IMG/VR virus record: IMGVR_UViG_3300001722_000025
Span: 1 to 35,447 of that record
Reading direction: 5' to 3' (one strand)
DNA length: 35,447 nt
From: a virus
Lineage: Duplodnaviria; Caudoviricetes
The notes under the pieces are model-generated. The model was not told the origin of the DNA, searched no databases, and was given only the letters and a program-made list of their open reading frames with translations. Below are positions 9,212 to 17,596 of this stretch, piece by piece. Made by a program: the position numbers and the translations under genes. Each line of letters begins with the position of its first letter. Position 1 is the first letter of the stretch.

Positions 9212-10108
9212 AGTGCTTACTCCGATGGTCTGGGTGGTTTGGATGTAGTCAGAGAAGGCGGCCAACATGTCGTGGCCATTGATGAGCTCGTCCGCAAATC
9301 CAACATCGATTGCGTCTTGCCCGGTGTAGATGGCCGCCTCAGTGGCAAGCACATCCGATACAGATAGGCCGGTATGAACCGCCACCATTTCCGCAAACTC
9401 GTTGCGGAGGCGGTCTGATTCGGCCTGGAATCTTTTAAGCACCTGATCCGGCAGGTTCTCGTATGGGTTGCCATCAACCTTGAAGGCGCCCGAGTGAATC
9501 AGCGTTACGTCGATACCGCTTTCTTTCAGCTGCTGTTCAAAGCTGGCGTGCATCATCACCACGCCTACGGAACCGGTGCGGGCGCTGGTGGTGGTGTAGC
9601 GGTAATCTGTGGCACTGTGCAGGGCCATGCCGGCGCTGCAGGCCATATCGTATGAGATGGACGCGATCGGCTTGGTGCCGCGCAGCTGGTTTAGCCGTCG
9701 AGCGGTATCAAAGCAGCCAGATACCTCGCCGCCTGGGGTGTCCATGTCCAGAAGAATGCCGGTAACCGTGGGGTCTGCCAGCGCCTCTTCTACCCGGGCA
9801 ATGATGCCGTCGTAACCAGTCATTCCAGAGTAAGGCTGCATGTGCCCGAACTTGTGCACCAGGGTGCCCGATACCGGTATTACGGCAACGCCACCCACCA
9901 CCTCATAGGGCCGGCTGCGCGGGCGATCCGGGTTGAATGAATCGGCACGCATCCGCAGTTTTTCCTGCGACTCAATCAGGCCGAACTCATCCTGAAGGCT
10001 GGCAATTCCGAGCCGGGGCGCAAGGGCTCCAAGAAATACCCGGGCATAGCCAGGCTCCAGCAACAGCGGCTGGTTCAGCACGCGGGCTGCAATATTCTGG
10101 TTTCGCAT
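8786..10108 (-). CDS. Capsid maturation protease, S49 family (lambda gpC-like)
   Basis: 440 aa with LDMDTPGGEV, MACSAG, TGSVGV and HSGAFKVDGNPY motifs. Confidence 0.93.
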   Translation of the reverse strand: MRNQNIAARVLNQPLLLEPGYARVFLGALAPRLGIASLQDEFGLIESQEKLRMRADSFNPDRPRSRPYEVVGGVAVIPVSGTLVHKFGHMQPYSGMTGYDGIIARVEEALADPTVTGILLDMDTPGGEVSGCFDTARRLNQLRGTKPIASISYDMACSAGMALHSATDYRYTTTSARTGSVGVVMMHASFEQQLKESGIDVTLIHSGAFKVDGNPYENLPDQVLKRFQAESDRLRNEFAEMVAVHTGLSVSDVLATEAAIYTGQDAIDVGFADELINGHDMLAAFSDYIQTTQTIGVSTMTVESKNKPAAIAPAPAPEAAVEQPEQVDTTKLTAEATATEQGRIAGILQCDEAEGKTKLAQHLAFNTRMTVDDAKAALAVAETGAQASAPGGMLEAAMRGTKQPGISAEAPEASAEQGGSEVNELMGSYRKATGRKPVTH

Positions 10109-10124
10109 ACTTTTCTCCGGGTAT

Positions 10125-10151
10125 TAAAAAACCCCGCTGTGGCGGGGTTTA
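10125..10151 (-). terminator. Intrinsic terminator after the basic moron gene
   Basis: AAACCCCGC-CACA-GCGGGGTTT followed by a T-run. Confidence 0.8.
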
Positions 10152-10406
10152 AAGGAGTAGGAAGTCTCGGCGGTTTTTCAGCCGAACCTTCAGGTGTCGA
10201 CCGTCTGGATTGTCGATGGTGCACAGCCGGTTGGGACCGTGTGACGGCTTCGCATTCCGGCCTTGCAAGTGGCGCCGGCCTGGGCCTTTTTTGGTGTGAC
10301 TTCCAGAGCGGCTTCGTCCACTTCGGGTGCCTCCGACATCCAGCGTGTTGGGTGTTTGGCTCATCGACATAGCTTCTGCTATGGCTTTAATTATATTTCT
10401 CATCAT
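10149..10406 (-). CDS. Hypothetical highly basic 85-aa protein (moron)
   Basis: AAGGTGA RBS before ATG 10406; Arg/Lys/Gly/Ser-rich; flanked by terminators on both sides. Confidence 0.6.
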   Translation of the reverse strand: MMRNIIKAIAEAMSMSQTPNTLDVGGTRSGRSRSGSHTKKGPGRRHLQGRNAKPSHGPNRLCTIDNPDGRHLKVRLKNRRDFLLL

Positions 10407-10426
10407 GGCAGTCACCTTTTTGTTCA

Positions 10427-10451
10427 ATAAAAAACCCGCCGTAGCGGGTTT
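10427..10451 (-). terminator. Intrinsic terminator downstream of the portal gene and rod-like RNA
   Basis: AAACCCGC-TACG-GCGGGTTTTTT. Confidence 0.8.
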
Positions 10452-10454
10452 AAA

Positions 10455-10560
10455 TCCTCGTGTTGGCTACTGAGTTACAAAGAGGGCGCCAACCTCACCG
10501 AAAGAGGGCTTATAGGTGTTCTGTGCTGGAAACCCTCACGTTGTAATCTCCAAACACGGA
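10455..10560 (-). ncRNA. Candidate structured (rod-like) RNA element
   Basis: Four nested stems found by eye: TCCGTGTTTGG/CCAACACGAGGA, GAG(A)TTACAA/TTGTAACTC, GAGGGT/GCCCTC and CCAGC/GTTGG. The G-U pairs favour the minus strand. Confidence 0.5.
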
Positions 10561-12156
10561 CTAAGTTGCGGCAACAGCCTCCGGCTCTTCCTGATCAGGA
10601 GCCAGAGCCAAGGCTTTCACCCAGCTTGGCGGTGGAAGGCCGGCTTTCTTGCGCTCGTCCATCTCACGAACCTGCTGAGCAAACACTTCCTGGTAATCCT
10701 CGCCCATCTTGGCCAGCTCTTTCTCGTAGGTAGAGAGGCCGGATTCGATAAGCAGGATTGACTCCTTCACTTCCTTCAAACCGTCGATAGCGATGCGGCC
10801 TGAGCCGATCCATTCCGCGTTGCACCAGGCGGCTTTGGCTTCATAGAAACCACGCTTTGCCGAACGCGGCAGGCGGATGCGCCCGCGATCAATGGCCTCT
10901 TCCAGCCAGAGCGCAAACACCATGGAGGCAAAGCGGCTCGGGATGATCTTCCGGCGGCCCATGAAGTAGCGCCAGCTTTCCATCATGCTGGCGCGGGCTG
11001 TGCTGTAGCTCAACTGCCGGTAATCCTTGGTGAGCGATTCGCTTGAGGTGTTGGTACCGGCCGCAATCCAGCGAGTAATTGAAGACTCCAGCTCGCTAAA
11101 GCCGTTATCCGCATTGCCACTGGTAAGCAGGTTCAGGTTCTCGCCCGGCATCAAATGCGGAATCTTCACGCCGTTCAGGCGGATATCCGCGCCATCGTGA
11201 TAATCGGCGATGGTGCTCATGTACTTGCCAAGGTCATCACCGCTGATATCGCCGCCGATAATCTGCATGGCGGCTTCGCTGCCAAGCTCGCTCTCGATCA
11301 CCGCCGCGTACATGGCATTCACAATGGCGTTCTGGAGCTTGGTTTGCTGCAGCTTGCTTAGCTGTGGCAGCTGCTCCATTACGCTCAAGAACTGGTTTTC
11401 ACCACGGGTCTGGCCATCGCCGCGCGGCTCGAACACATGCAGGAACTGTTGCCGGCCCCAGCTGGTTTCCCGGGGCACGTATGTCCAGTTGTTACCCATG
11501 CCATCCGAAAAGCCGTAGCCACTGGTTTCGTGGTTTCGCACCCAATAGCCGGTTGCCGCGCCGTAATTATCCACTTGAACACCGGCCCGTCTGCTGTTGG
11601 TATCGTGCAGGTTGTTTGGATTGCACACCCGGTGGTGGTTTACCAGTTTGATGGCCGTATTGAACAACGCGCCTGGGCGGCCTTCGATCCACTCAGCTGA
11701 TGCCATGCCTTCGCCGGCGCTGGTATGTGTCGCCACAATTTCCCGGCACATCATGGTCAGGGTGCGTTTGCGCTCTGCATCAACATGGCAGTTGATCGGG
11801 TCTTCCGCATATTCCGTGAAGGCATCTTCCACTTCTTTGGAAAATGCCCGGGCGTCTTCCTCGCTCATTCCCAAAGCGCGCCAACGCGGCTTATAGCTTA
11901 GCCGGAACATGTGGCCAACAATGTTATCCACGTGCAGCTGCACACCGTTCTTGGCGAGCGCATGGTTGCGCACCAGGTCTTCAGCCCGGGCGTTGCCTTT
12001 CTTCAGATCTGGCAGCAGCGCAGCATCTGCTGTTTTGGCGCGAGGGTTCCAGCGCTGCAGCTGGCCGCCAAATCCGGTACCGGTACCGGTGTAACTTTCA
12101 GCAGCTCTGAGCGGCTGGCCATGTGCATCAACAAAGCTCACTTCAGGCACTTTCAC
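10561..12156 (-). CDS. Portal protein, lambda family (gpB-like)
   Basis: 531 aa with ARAEDLVRN, HVFEPRGDGQTRG, SYSTARAS and IDGLKEV motifs. Confidence 0.95.
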   Translation of the reverse strand: MKVPEVSFVDAHGQPLRAAESYTGTGTGFGGQLQRWNPRAKTADAALLPDLKKGNARAEDLVRNHALAKNGVQLHVDNIVGHMFRLSYKPRWRALGMSEEDARAFSKEVEDAFTEYAEDPINCHVDAERKRTLTMMCREIVATHTSAGEGMASAEWIEGRPGALFNTAIKLVNHHRVCNPNNLHDTNSRRAGVQVDNYGAATGYWVRNHETSGYGFSDGMGNNWTYVPRETSWGRQQFLHVFEPRGDGQTRGENQFLSVMEQLPQLSKLQQTKLQNAIVNAMYAAVIESELGSEAAMQIIGGDISGDDLGKYMSTIADYHDGADIRLNGVKIPHLMPGENLNLLTSGNADNGFSELESSITRWIAAGTNTSSESLTKDYRQLSYSTARASMMESWRYFMGRRKIIPSRFASMVFALWLEEAIDRGRIRLPRSAKRGFYEAKAAWCNAEWIGSGRIAIDGLKEVKESILLIESGLSTYEKELAKMGEDYQEVFAQQVREMDERKKAGLPPPSWVKALALAPDQEEPEAVAAT

Positions 12157-12359
12157 AGAATGAACCTCGCTGGCCCACGACGGCGAGCGGCGCCGCCAAG
12201 CTGGCTTTCCAGGCTTGCAATGTATGCAGCAAGATCACGCTTGCTGGCCTGCGAGAACTCCACTGATTTTCCATCGCGCTGGATGCGCACAACGGCTTGC
12301 CCGGTCAGCAGTTTGTGGTATGCATCCCGGGCTTCTAAAAGCTGGGTTTCAAGACTCAT
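12153..12359 (-). CDS. Head completion protein gpW
   Basis: 68 aa with L.EAR.AYHKLLTG..V..IQRDGKSVEF and C-terminal RRRGPARF, matching lambda gpW. Confidence 0.93.
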   Translation of the reverse strand: MSLETQLLEARDAYHKLLTGQAVVRIQRDGKSVEFSQASKRDLAAYIASLESQLGGAARRRGPARFIL

Positions 12360-14383
12360 CGCATTCTCCGGGCTATATCCGCCAGGCTTCCACCTTCGGA
12401 ACTGGCTTTGGTCGTTTTGACAGTGGTGGTTGCTGGCCTTGCCTGGTCGACTGGCTCAGGAGCAGCAGGCGCCAGAAGGTCGCCCTGCTTAAGCGAGGCC
12501 TCGCGTGCATCCCACTGGTCGGGCTTGCGAACGTGCAGCTTGAGAACACGAGCCGCGTGAAGTGCGTAAACCTCGCAGTCCAGCGCCTCGTTTCTCACGC
12601 CTGATTTCTTCTGGTAGACCTTGCGGCCTCCGCGCTGGCGCGATGGCGCCTTGATCTCGCTGAGTATCTGGGCGAAATAGTCAGATCGCACCGACTCGTA
12701 GTAGTGAATCCGGCCCGGGCCATGCCCCTGCAGCATCAGCCTGCCAAAGAACAGATCCTTCGCCTTGTGGGTGCCCACCATATATATGCCTAAGCCGTAC
12801 TTGCTGGCTTTGGTGGTTTTGTTGTTCAGATCCACTTTCTTCGGCGGGCTTACTATTTCCCGGTTCAGGTTGTTGGATTCACCCTTACCCGCCATCACTT
12901 TTACGCCACGGCGCCGGCGAGATCGAACGTAGCTGTATACCGCATCGTTGGTCTGGCCATCCGATGAGTCGATGGTCGCTGCGCTTACGTGTATTGGGAA
13001 ACCGAGCTCATGCTCGTATGCACCGAACACGTAGCGATCCACTTCATCCCAAACGGGGTCCTTTGGATCGATGCAGGTTCTTGCGGCTGAGAGTTCGCCC
13101 CAAAACAGAAGCCAGCTTTCCTCACCACGGCCCCAGGCTCTAACGACTATGGCCAAGCGATCGTGCTGAACGTCCACACCAACAGTGAGTTCAAGGCCTC
13201 CGGCTGGAACGGTAAGCTCTGGGTATTCCAGTGCTCGCTCTCTCAGGGCATCCTCACCCGGAACATCGGTGCGGTATTCGTATGCCAGCCCAAGGGTGTT
13301 GTTCTCGAACGAGATCATCTCGCTTTCGTCGCCCTGCTCCAGCGAGCGTCTGGCCTTGAGGTATTTCTCAACAAGCAACGCCAGATTGGAGCCCGGGAAC
13401 GGGCTGTAAATCTCGTTGATGTAAAACCCGGCAATACCGCGAAATGGCTTGTGGGCTTTCCAGTGGCCTTTGCGGACGTTGCGGTTCTTGTCCACATCGC
13501 GCCAAGGCACGCCACACAACGGGCAAACATAACGGGCCGTTTGCGGCTGCGCGGTACCGAGAGTTTCATCCGGCACTTCAGCATCGTCATCCCAAACGAT
13601 GTTCTCCCAAGCCAGAACATGCTCATCGCCACACTCGTGACAAGGCACCATGAACATTCGCTGGTCGCTGGCCTGGTAGGCTTTATCAACCCGGGACAGT
13701 CCCTTAACCGTGGGCGTGCCACCAAAGATAACCTTTCGGTACTCGTAGGTTTTCGCGCGCTCCTCGAGGAGCTTTACCGAATCCCCCTGCCCCTTCACGT
13801 TGGTGTTGCAATCGTCCGGCTCTTCGACGCACACCACAGGAGCGGATAGCGACTTCACATTGTCTGGTGCGTTCGATGCCACCAGTGCAAGAAAGCCGCC
13901 AGGGAACTTCTTGAAGTCGGTTCGGTTGCCGCTGCTTCTGGAAGTCGTTACGTCGACAAGCGGCCGAAGCACCGGCGACGCCTCAATCATCGGAACGAAC
14001 TTCTGATCCAGATACTTACGGATCGTCTTGTCCTTTGGGAACAACAGCACGATCGGGCACGGATCATTGTGGATCCGCCGCGCTAGGTAGTTGTTCCAAA
14101 CGCCATCAGTCCACGCCACCTGGGCAGACTTCCGGCACACCACCTCTTTCACAGCTGGATCATCAAGCGCGTCCAGCATACCCGGCACCCACGGAGTAAT
14201 ATCCGTGGAGTATTTCCCGGGCATAGGGCTACTCTCTTGCGCCAGATACCGGTGCTTATTCGCCCAATCAGTTGAGCTGATTTTCTCCGGCGGCTCGAAC
14301 TTCGCTAATGCCTGGGCGATCACCTGATTCAGGTTCGACGCCAAGGCCTGCCAGCTGTCGGAGGATTGATCGAGAATGCTCAT
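12356..14383 (-). CDS. Terminase large subunit (GpA family)
   Basis: 675 aa with KSAQVAWT, GGTPT, CHEC...CPLC zinc motif, GVDVQHDR and RNEALDCEVYA. Confidence 0.95.
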   Translation of the reverse strand: MSILDQSSDSWQALASNLNQVIAQALAKFEPPEKISSTDWANKHRYLAQESSPMPGKYSTDITPWVPGMLDALDDPAVKEVVCRKSAQVAWTDGVWNNYLARRIHNDPCPIVLLFPKDKTIRKYLDQKFVPMIEASPVLRPLVDVTTSRSSGNRTDFKKFPGGFLALVASNAPDNVKSLSAPVVCVEEPDDCNTNVKGQGDSVKLLEERAKTYEYRKVIFGGTPTVKGLSRVDKAYQASDQRMFMVPCHECGDEHVLAWENIVWDDDAEVPDETLGTAQPQTARYVCPLCGVPWRDVDKNRNVRKGHWKAHKPFRGIAGFYINEIYSPFPGSNLALLVEKYLKARRSLEQGDESEMISFENNTLGLAYEYRTDVPGEDALRERALEYPELTVPAGGLELTVGVDVQHDRLAIVVRAWGRGEESWLLFWGELSAARTCIDPKDPVWDEVDRYVFGAYEHELGFPIHVSAATIDSSDGQTNDAVYSYVRSRRRRGVKVMAGKGESNNLNREIVSPPKKVDLNNKTTKASKYGLGIYMVGTHKAKDLFFGRLMLQGHGPGRIHYYESVRSDYFAQILSEIKAPSRQRGGRKVYQKKSGVRNEALDCEVYALHAARVLKLHVRKPDQWDAREASLKQGDLLAPAAPEPVDQARPATTTVKTTKASSEGGSLADIARRMR

Positions 14384-14786
14384 TCAGAAGCTCGATATCG
14401 AGATCGATGTCATACAGCGTATCGATCTCTGTCTTGAGTTTAGGGTTGCCAGTCAATACACCTGTGCGAATTGACAACACCACCTGTTCCAATCGAGCCC
14501 CGACCAGCAACGCTGGCACTAATTCCTGAATGTCCTGCGCATAGGCCAACTCTTCGCGATCGCCTTTAATGCGCTCCAGCCGCTCACGGGCTGACTCATG
14601 GCGCGCACCGTTAACCGCGCGATCCATCAGCCACTCGTGAACATCCTTAGTATCGTATTCGTTCGCCTGCCCTCGCCCGCCCGCCTTCGCGATTGGGAAT
14701 GACAGATCCTTCTGGTAAGCAGTAAAGCTCCGCTCTGAAATCCCGAACGTTTCAGCAAGCTCTCGTTTGTTTACTCGCTTACCCAT
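14268..14786 (-). CDS. Terminase small subunit (Nu1-like)
   Basis: N-terminal wHTH VNKRELAETFGISERS...G.G..NEYDT as in lambda Nu1; overlaps the large subunit by 116 nt. Confidence 0.9.
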   Translation of the reverse strand: MGKRVNKRELAETFGISERSFTAYQKDLSFPIAKAGGRGQANEYDTKDVHEWLMDRAVNGARHESARERLERIKGDREELAYAQDIQELVPALLVGARLEQVVLSIRTGVLTGNPKLKTEIDTLYDIDLDIELLNEHSRSILRQLAGLGVEPESGDRPGISEVRAAGENQLN

Positions 14787-14841
14787 TGCTAACTCTCTGA
14801 TTTAAAACCAAGGAAGGAAGGCTAAGGGTTCGCCAAGTCTG

Positions 14842-14895
14842 CGAAAATTCCGCGAGTCTGCGCCCCCTCAGTGGGCAAAACCCCCAGAAGGACCC
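14842..14895 (-). other. cos packaging site (cosQ 14889-14895; predicted 12-nt cohesive end 14855-14866)
   Basis: Minus strand ACGGGTCCT-N22-GGGGCGCAGACT-CGCGGAATTTTCGC parallels lambda ACGGGTCCT-N23-GGGCGGCGACCT-CGCGGGTTTTCGC, immediately upstream of Nu1. Confidence 0.8.
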
Positions 14896-14901
14896 GTGCC
14901 T

Positions 14902-15246
14902 TTAGGCTGTGACCTTGAAATCTGTAGCAGCTGTGCTCACACACCGAATTGCGGTTACAGCATTCACCATCAAAGAATCTGTATACGCTGCAACATCACC
15001 TTCAACCCAAGCTTTGCCTATAGCTGTTCCGGCTCTCACTTTCGCTACACTGTCTTGTGTGTATTCCACGCGGGCGGTACCGGAGGTAGGCTCTACACTT
15101 ACTAGCAGCTCACCTATGCCGGCTGGCAAGAACAACCACTCTCCAGTGCCGTTCACGCTGGCGCTGTGGTTAAAGCGTTGACGAGGGATGGTGCGGTTGT
15201 TACTAAACTGTTGATCGTCGCGATCCGGAGTAAGTGTATCGGCCAT
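14902..15246 (-). CDS. Hypothetical small beta-sandwich protein
   Basis: About 114 aa, AGGTGA RBS before ATG 15246, alternating beta pattern; last gene of the post-lysis cassette. Confidence 0.7.
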   Translation of the reverse strand: MADTLTPDRDDQQFSNNRTIPRQRFNHSASVNGTGEWLFLPAGIGELLVSVEPTSGTARVEYTQDSVAKVRAGTAIGKAWVEGDVAAYTDSLMVNAVTAIRCVSTAATDFKVTA

Positions 15247-15251
15247 CTCAT

Positions 15252-16442
15252 TCACCTGAACATTGGGTTATTAACGGATCTGGACAACGGCCGGAACAAT
15301 GGCTGGAACAGCCCACCTGCACTTGCCACAATTTCATCCACTACTTTAAGCAATGCCTTTCTCTCAATTGCCTGATTGCCTGAAGCATCCTGGCCGTTAA
15401 GACTCATCACATAGGTATTCAAGGGCAGTTCATTTAACTGCTGAAGCCATGATCCGCCAGATGGGACTGGGTTATAGGTAACGCCATTGACTACCAGCAC
15501 CAGGCTTATTGCATCCCCTGAGCTGCCAGAAACAACCGGGGCAGTGTTCAGCGTTGTAAGCGGACTTATGGACAGAACAGGGGGCGTGTCGTCTACCACC
15601 GATACTGAGAACGCATCCTGTATCGAGCCATCGCTGTTGGTTGCTGTAACGGTGATCGTGAGCGGTGATGCATCGGTATCGTTGGTGTTCGTGGTACCTG
15701 TGATCGTGCTGCCCGACAAAGACAATCCAGAGCCAGCCGGCAAACCTGCAACTACATAAGATGCCGCCAGAGAGAAATAGTTATCCAGATCTATATTGAC
15801 TGCTTGCTGCTCGCCCAGGTTCAGATCCGGCAGAGGTGTATTCAGCACAGGGGGAGCTGGCACCCGCTCAGTCATAAACGAGAACGACTCAGGCGTACCA
15901 GCACCTACTGAGTTAGCCGCTCGCACTGCGCCGTATTGTGATGCCTCGGGCTCAAGCGCCGACAGGTTTATGGTGCCCGTGAACGCAATCCATGCTGAGC
16001 CGTTAAGTGTGTATTCGTAGCTGTCCGCATCGGTGCCGCTGTATACAGGGGTCAGGCTTGCGGTGGTCTGGCCTTTGGTGATTGTGCCGATTGTCCACGT
16101 ACCCTGAGGAGCAAGAGTGGCCACCACCTCAAAGGTGTAAGACTCCCAGTCACCATAAGCCTGGTCACCATCATCGAACCACCGACCCTGAAAGCTGCCC
16201 TCAGAATCAGCAGACACCAAGCCTGAAGAGTCAACGATCAAATTTCCCAGACCGTTGACATCATCCCATTCGAAGATGTCGCCAGCGACGACTGGGTGTG
16301 TCGTCTGATACGCAACGCTTGCAGGATCATCCGTGATCGGGCTCACCATTGTTGCGCTCGCGTAGACCGTGCCGGTATATGCCCCCAGGTAGGCGACTTG
16401 TACAGTCCTGCCTGAAATGCTGGAGACGTTTACCGTTGTCAT
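15252..16442 (-). CDS. Multi-Ig-domain protein (FN3-like, He_PIG-like and bacterial Ig-like domains)
   Basis: 396 aa, Thr/Ser/Gly-rich. Motifs YEYTLNG..W...L.P......VRAANSVG (FN3), GLPAGSGLSLSGSTITGT (He_PIG) and DDTPPVLSI...GQDASGN (Big). No signal peptide. Confidence 0.78.
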   Translation of the reverse strand: MTTVNVSSISGRTVQVAYLGAYTGTVYASATMVSPITDDPASVAYQTTHPVVAGDIFEWDDVNGLGNLIVDSSGLVSADSEGSFQGRWFDDGDQAYGDWESYTFEVVATLAPQGTWTIGTITKGQTTASLTPVYSGTDADSYEYTLNGSAWIAFTGTINLSALEPEASQYGAVRAANSVGAGTPESFSFMTERVPAPPVLNTPLPDLNLGEQQAVNIDLDNYFSLAASYVVAGLPAGSGLSLSGSTITGTTNTNDTDASPLTITVTATNSDGSIQDAFSVSVVDDTPPVLSISPLTTLNTAPVVSGSSGDAISLVLVVNGVTYNPVPSGGSWLQQLNELPLNTYVMSLNGQDASGNQAIERKALLKVVDEIVASAGGLFQPLFRPLSRSVNNPMFR

Positions 16443-17596
16443 GCGTTGTCCTCAAGATTCTGAGTGAACACGAAGCCGTAGTTGTTGGATGCGCTAAACC
16501 CTTCTACCCTGACTGAGTCGCCTACGTTTCCGCCCGTGGCATTGATCGCCGAGATAGTTCCGCTTGCGTCACTTGAGATAGATGACCCCGCATAGACTTC
16601 AGATCCACCAGATACCAAGGTGATATTAATAGCCCAATCAGAGGTCTGTACTGCTGTGCCGTCTTTCTGTGCGGTAATCGCGCTTATTCCCGGAACGGCT
16701 GTTGGCGAGGTGGTCGCTTCAACCAGTGTCGGGCTAGCCTGTAAGTTTGGCGTGGCCTCGTCATCCTCTGCCACGATGTAGTAGTCATAAGGCGTTGAAA
16801 CAGAGCCGGTAGAGAAAACAAGGGACACAGAGTTATCTGCTACCCCAGATTTAGCTTCTGGTGCCGCCGCGCCTGTCGAGTCTTGACCAGCCTTTACTTG
16901 TGCAGAGCTTGGAGCTGGTGCGCCGTTAGCAAGACGAACGCCGTATATCGTTCCAGGTTCGTTTATTGTTGCGCCGATAGTGTGGCCGTCGGGCGTCGTT
17001 GCAGATACTGATGGGCCTGAACTGAATACAGGTGCGGCTGTGTCTGTGCCGGTCATCTCGTAAATGCGGGCTGCGTTAACGTGCGCATAACTAGCTTTCG
17101 AGTTCTCAAGCAAGAAAGAGATTTCGCCCTGCGCGTCGGCTACCGCAGAAACCTGAGTCGTTTCGGTCAGGTTCATGGTGGCTATCCCAGTACCCGCCAA
17201 TGCAACAGGAGCCCCACCATTAACAGAGACCGTTCCGCTTTCTCCGGATGACTTACCGCAGTAAAACTCCAGGATTCTTTCTGCTCCGGCGGGATAACCG
17301 GAAAGCACCACCGACACTGGGTTGCTGGCGTTAAACCCGTGTGTGTCGTTAATGACCGAAGCCTCTCTTACCCACGACGCATCCCCAGAAGTTGCATCGT
17401 CTGCCTCCGCGTTTACGTTCTTATAATCAAGAACAGTCCCGCTTCGGGTGAATGTTATCCCGGTATTTGCGTCAAGCTCATCTACCAGCTCCGGGGGATT
17501 CACCAAGGGCAGAATCACGTTCCACGTTTTGTGCGTGTTTAGCACCGGGGTTGCCGTAGATGAATCACTCTGAAAAGCTAAGTAGATATCAGCCAT
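16439..17596 (-). CDS. Beta-rich protein: putative carbohydrate-binding N-domain plus FN3/Ig-like domain
   Basis: 385 aa. DTAAPVF...NEPGTIYGV...APSSAQVKAG...YDYYIVAED is an FN3-like pattern; the N-domain ends in a jelly-roll-like VNAARI. No signal peptide. Confidence 0.7.
   Translation of the reverse strand: MADIYLAFQSDSSTATPVLNTHKTWNVILPLVNPPELVDELDANTGITFTRSGTVLDYKNVNAEADDATSGDASWVREASVINDTHGFNASNPVSVVLSGYPAGAERILEFYCGKSSGESGTVSVNGGAPVALAGTGIATMNLTETTQVSAVADAQGEISFLLENSKASYAHVNAARIYEMTGTDTAAPVFSSGPSVSATTPDGHTIGATINEPGTIYGVRLANGAPAPSSAQVKAGQDSTGAAAPEAKSGVADNSVSLVFSTGSVSTPYDYYIVAEDDEATPNLQASPTLVEATTSPTAVPGISAITAQKDGTAVQTSDWAINITLVSGGSEVYAGSSISSDASGTISAINATGGNVGDSVRVEGFSASNNYGFVFTQNLEDNA

Noticed and set aside
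10455-10560. Known self-cleaving ribozyme, tRNA or retron msr-msd
   Set aside because: No CUGANGA/GAAA hammerhead core, only a partial TAAGCCCT resemblance to pistol, no cloverleaf, and no reverse transcriptase in the window. Kept only as an unclassified structured RNA.
13163-13849. 228-aa plus-strand ORF, and similar ones at 4548-5231, 21601-22107, 22333-23052 and 23138-23803
   Set aside because: Antisense to well-supported terminase, tail or replication genes; expected in GC-rich coding DNA.
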